Part shown: piece by piece, positions 60,411 to 64,000 of the stretch | How positions within the stretch are numbered: position 1 is the stretch's first letter | How the letters are laid out: each line of letters begins with the position of its first letter | NCBI GenBank assembly: GCA_026026165.1 | Contig: JAPEUD010000013.1 | Span: forward strand, 434,001-498,000 | Direction of reading: 5' to 3' | DNA length: 64,000 nt | Origin: Sarea resinae | Lineage: Eukaryota | Notes under the pieces: generated by a model | Database searches by the model: none | Seen by the model: the letters and a program-made list of their open reading frames with translations, nothing else | Told to the model about the DNA's origin: nothing | Position numbers and translations under genes: made by a program

Positions 60411-60840
60411 ATGGGCTATCTCCTCTACTCCCTTTCCTTTTCTTTCTTAGTCCTAGCTACAGGTTGGTGTCTTCATAAAGCTATCTTTACGAAATACTTG
60501 TCGCTGACTAGAGTATGCAGCGCTTTACTTTACCCGCAAGCACTGGATTCCTTACCTGCCCTTTGCCGACTACGTTTATCAGCGCCTTCCTTCCTCATTC
60601 GCTGGCGATATTGAAGCCGGCCTCAGCTCCAACGAATTTGATCTTTCTACCAATCTTGCGTCTGGTGACTCAAGAGCAGGTCTTGACGAACATGGCAAGC
60701 GTGAGGTGCGGAGGATTATGAAACGACGAAGAGTCGGCTTCGACGAGGCGCGTCGGATATACACGGAGCAGCGTTTTGCAAAAAATAACATCGGCCCTGA
60801 TGGGCGTCCCCGCGATCCTAAATTTGTCTCTTTTTCCTAA
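60411..60840 (+). CDS. Small conserved fungal membrane-anchored protein, DUF2015-like (one intron)
   Basis: Hydrophobic N-terminus, then SFAGDIEAGLSSNEFDL..DSRAGLD..FDEARRIY..NNIGPDGRPRDPKFVSFS*. Confidence 0.85.
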
Positions 60841-61409
60841 AGATCCAAGATGTCCGAGATGTCGATACTGGCTTCGGGGACTGGTCAACAATTTGCGCGC
60901 CTGGAGACCCTCTTTGGTAACAGGCGTGTATGAATCAGCTCACGTTCAAAAATATCACTTGCGGCATGAAAATCTCTTTTGTATGGAGCTCTAGGAGCAT
61001 TTTGATTCATTTTCTATCCGGAAGCGTCGGTGTCTAAGGCGCTCTGCTGCACAGTAAATCTTTTTCGAATTTTCTGTACCCTTAGCGCATCTTGTCTTCC
61101 AGCTTCTGCCACAAAATTCTGGCCATTGTTTTCAAGTCGTCCTGCCCGGTCTGCACCTTCTAATCACTACTCCAATAGTATACAAACCTTTTGGTCAATT
61201 TATCCTTGGCTGGAGCCCAATGACCGCTTAGGAATGAGAATAGCACACTGAGTTTGATGTCAAATTCGAGCTTCAGCGTCTCTCATAGTGTTTCTTGCAG
61301 CTCACCTAACGGCCTTTTAAGACAGACGGAAGTCCGAGCGTGTTCTTGAGGTTTTATGATAGCCCACCGTATGAACTTCATAGTTACACTTCAACCAAAT
61401 ATTCAATCC

Positions 61410-62572
61410 TCATCTGCCACCTCTACCATATCCCTGTTGCTGAAAACCTGGTGGTAGGCCTGGCGGAGCGCCTGGTCCGGGCGGAGGTCCGAATCCGGGA
61501 GGCGGTCCAAAGTTAGGCGGGGGAATTCCCATCCCAGGTGGCGGGGTAGCTTGTGAGGGATATGCAACCTGCTGCGGGGGCCCAAAGCCAGGGGGAACGA
61601 AGCCTTGAGGGCCACCGTATCCAGCTCGGGATGGTGGTGGTCGCGCTGGCAATCCCGATGGCGGGGCCGAGAGAGGTTGCGACATCTGTGGAACTGGACG
61701 CTGCGCCGGCGGCTGGACATTCGGGTAAGCGCTTGCAGGAGGGCCTCCTCTCCCATTCAAGAAGCCGTCGGGCCGAGCAATGTTCCCATCCAAAAGTGCA
61801 GCTGGTGCCGTTGGAGTATTCACGCTGAAGAGCTGAGGAGGTAGTGGCTGCGTTTGCGGTTGCACATTGTGTTTCTGGGCCTGTCTCGCAAGCTCTCTTT
61901 CTGCCGCATCTCCATGTCGTTCTCCCTTCCCGTCCTTCTTGTAGGCATACTGGACTGATATTTCGTGATTCATGAGATATTGCTTGTCCATGTTCCGTAT
62001 TGCGTCATCGGAAGCGTCGAAGTTGGAGAACGACACGAACCCATAGCCTTTAGAAAGGTTGGCTTCATCGCGCGCCACCTAGAAGATGATAAGCAACGTT
62101 TTATCTTATGATCTAGAATATGACGAACCTTGGGAGCGGCCACCAGGCTGCCAAAACGGCTGAACGTATCATAGAGAGTCTTCTCATCCACCATGGGATC
62201 CAAATTCCCAACAAACAACTCCGCTCCCACTTCAACAGTCTTTTGCTTGTCCGCAGAGGCCTTGTTGACCCTGATGGGCTTCCCATACAGCCGCACCTGA
62301 TTCATAATCTTGGCCGCATACTCGGCGTCCTCTTCGCTGATGAACTCGACGAAGCCATATCCCTGATGGGTCTGGGTAACTCGGTCTTTGGGCAGGTGGA
62401 CGTTAACAATTCGACCCGCCTGAAGCATCAATTCCCATACCAGGGCGTCTGTAACCCGTTCGTCGAGATTGCCCACGTAGACAGTAGCCTCTTTATCCTG
62501 TTCCCTGCGCAGCTGTCAGAGAGCAACATGGACAGCAAGGAGTCAAATTTACCAATGTCTCGCGCCAGACAT
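61410..62572 (-). CDS. HSH49: U2 snRNP SF3b subunit 4 (SAP49), two RRMs plus Pro/Gly-rich tail, spliced
   Basis: [53 protein letters not shown], and [22 protein letters not shown]. Confidence 0.95.
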
Positions 62573-63773
62573 GCTAGCGATCTAGTGACGATCCTCTCGA
62601 GTATGACAAAATTTCCGAATCTCTGCTGGAAGTCGATGATGGGCTCAAATTGGTTCTCCGACTCTTGCTCACTGCTCGAATGGTGTTCCAATTTTGGTAT
62701 ACCGCTTTCGAAGCGCAAGCACAAGAGGGTAGGCCGCTTAGTCAGCCACGGTCTGTGAAGGCGGGTTTTCTACTGCGGTAGAGATATCACAATCATATTT
62801 TACCTTCATTTCCACATCTCAGTTTGATACTTCTTCGCCATTGTCGCAAACAGCCGGATATCATCTGTCTTCTGCATTCGCCAAAATGCAACTCTCAGAA
62901 GAATCAAAAGTATGTTCCTCGAGGCTCTTCCTGCTTCTTCGTTAGTTCGCGACTGACAGATGCCAGGAGCGGATCACCAAGGTTATCGACCTTTCGAGGG
63001 TCGCCATCCATTAGTATGTTACTCATATGGGAGCATGCGCCTCTGGCTCCATCCTATGGCATTATAAGCTGATACTTGCTAGTGGCTACCTGCCCCTAAT
63101 TATCTATCTTGGTATGGCGAGCTTTACCTGACCTTAAAATAATTTTGAGACTGATCTGTCGTACATAGGCTACACTCGCAGCGAGCCCCGACCCGCTCTT
63201 ATCAGGTATGGAGTTTTGTATATGGCGCAGCCACCAGCGACGATTCGAGACTAACTGGAATTCTGTTGCCTTGATAGACTGTTCTCTCCACTTGCTTGAG
63301 CACGGCATCAAAACCAACTCGCTGGAGTGAGTCGTTTGCGTTGGAGGGGGTAGTTCTACAGAATACGGACACAATGGTCCCCGCTTGAGTGAAAATTGGT
63401 CTGGTGCATTGAGATGGAGTTGTAGGTCCGATTTGGCAGCTTGACGGGCATGGTGTATTTGCCTCAGAGACTCCAATGTATTATAGTATTTGCTTCATGC
63501 ACAGAAAGCCTACCTAGCGACTCGCTCTTTTACAAACACATGTTACCCGTAGCATCCTGGTGATACCTGAGCCATGATATCACCAAATTCGGATTTTCAA
63601 GAGAGGTAGAGTTGCCAGCTCCTTTACATCCCGCCCTTGTCGGGTTTTATTCGGGCAGACAGAAATGGGTAGGTATATGTATACCGTCATCATTGATTCC
63701 TGAACCCTTCAAACCTCACCACATTTCACGACCCAGTTGACGATCTCCACATCAAGCCGCTCCATTGCTATCG

Positions 63774-64000
63774 ATGACTAGCAATAATGGGCTGTCGACG
63801 TCTTCGATTGAAACAATAGCCGGTGCAACAGCGGGCATTGTATCTACACTCGTTGTTCATCCTCTCGAACTGCTCAAAACCCGTCTACAAGGCAAGCAAG
63901 CAACAACAGACCTCCATTTTCCATGAGCGCATAGATTGTTATCATCAAGCAGGCGGCTGACGCCCGCTTCCATCTAGTCGATCGAGTGCACAAATCCCAT
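63774..64000 (+). CDS. FLX1: Mitochondrial carrier family protein, FAD/folate carrier-like; 5' part only
   Basis: IETIAGATAGIVSTLVVHPLELLKTRLQ/VDR carries the carrier signature Px[DE]xx[KR]. GC-AG intron at 63892-63977. The subfamily call rests on only ~45 residues. Confidence 0.7.

Overview
Filamentous ascomycete (Pezizomycotina-type) genomic DNA in two sharply separated compartments. Positions 1 to ~26,880 are an AT-rich, TpA-saturated block of transposon relics mutated by a RIP-like process. They can still be read by treating TAA/TAG/ATA etc. as C>T/G>A products. The block contains: (i) two inverted, truncated copies of one Ty3/Gypsy family, with a gag-protease/pol -1 frameshift signal and an extra ~500-codon ORF behind pol; (ii) a ~14 kb CMC/CACTA-like DNA element with subterminal repeat arrays, a ~1200-codon transposase and four further coding relics, one with a Q/N-rich decapeptide repeat and one a Tc1-like transposase lacking the canonical catalytic Glu; (iii) a Ty1/Copia relic carrying a solo LTR related to its own LTR. 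Positions ~27,020-64,000 are a compact, intron-rich housekeeping block: MSW1, RSM10, PNP1, FCF2, HAP5, SEC15, a mei2-like RRM gene, GPI7, DUF2423, SIZ1, TRS33, malate dehydrogenase (with a candidate splice-encoded cryptic PTS1), RPL28, DUF2015, HSH49 and the 5' end of an FLX1-like carrier. All calls come from manual reading and translation; no database searches were run, 'de-RIPed' residues are inferences, and relic boundaries are approximate unless stated.
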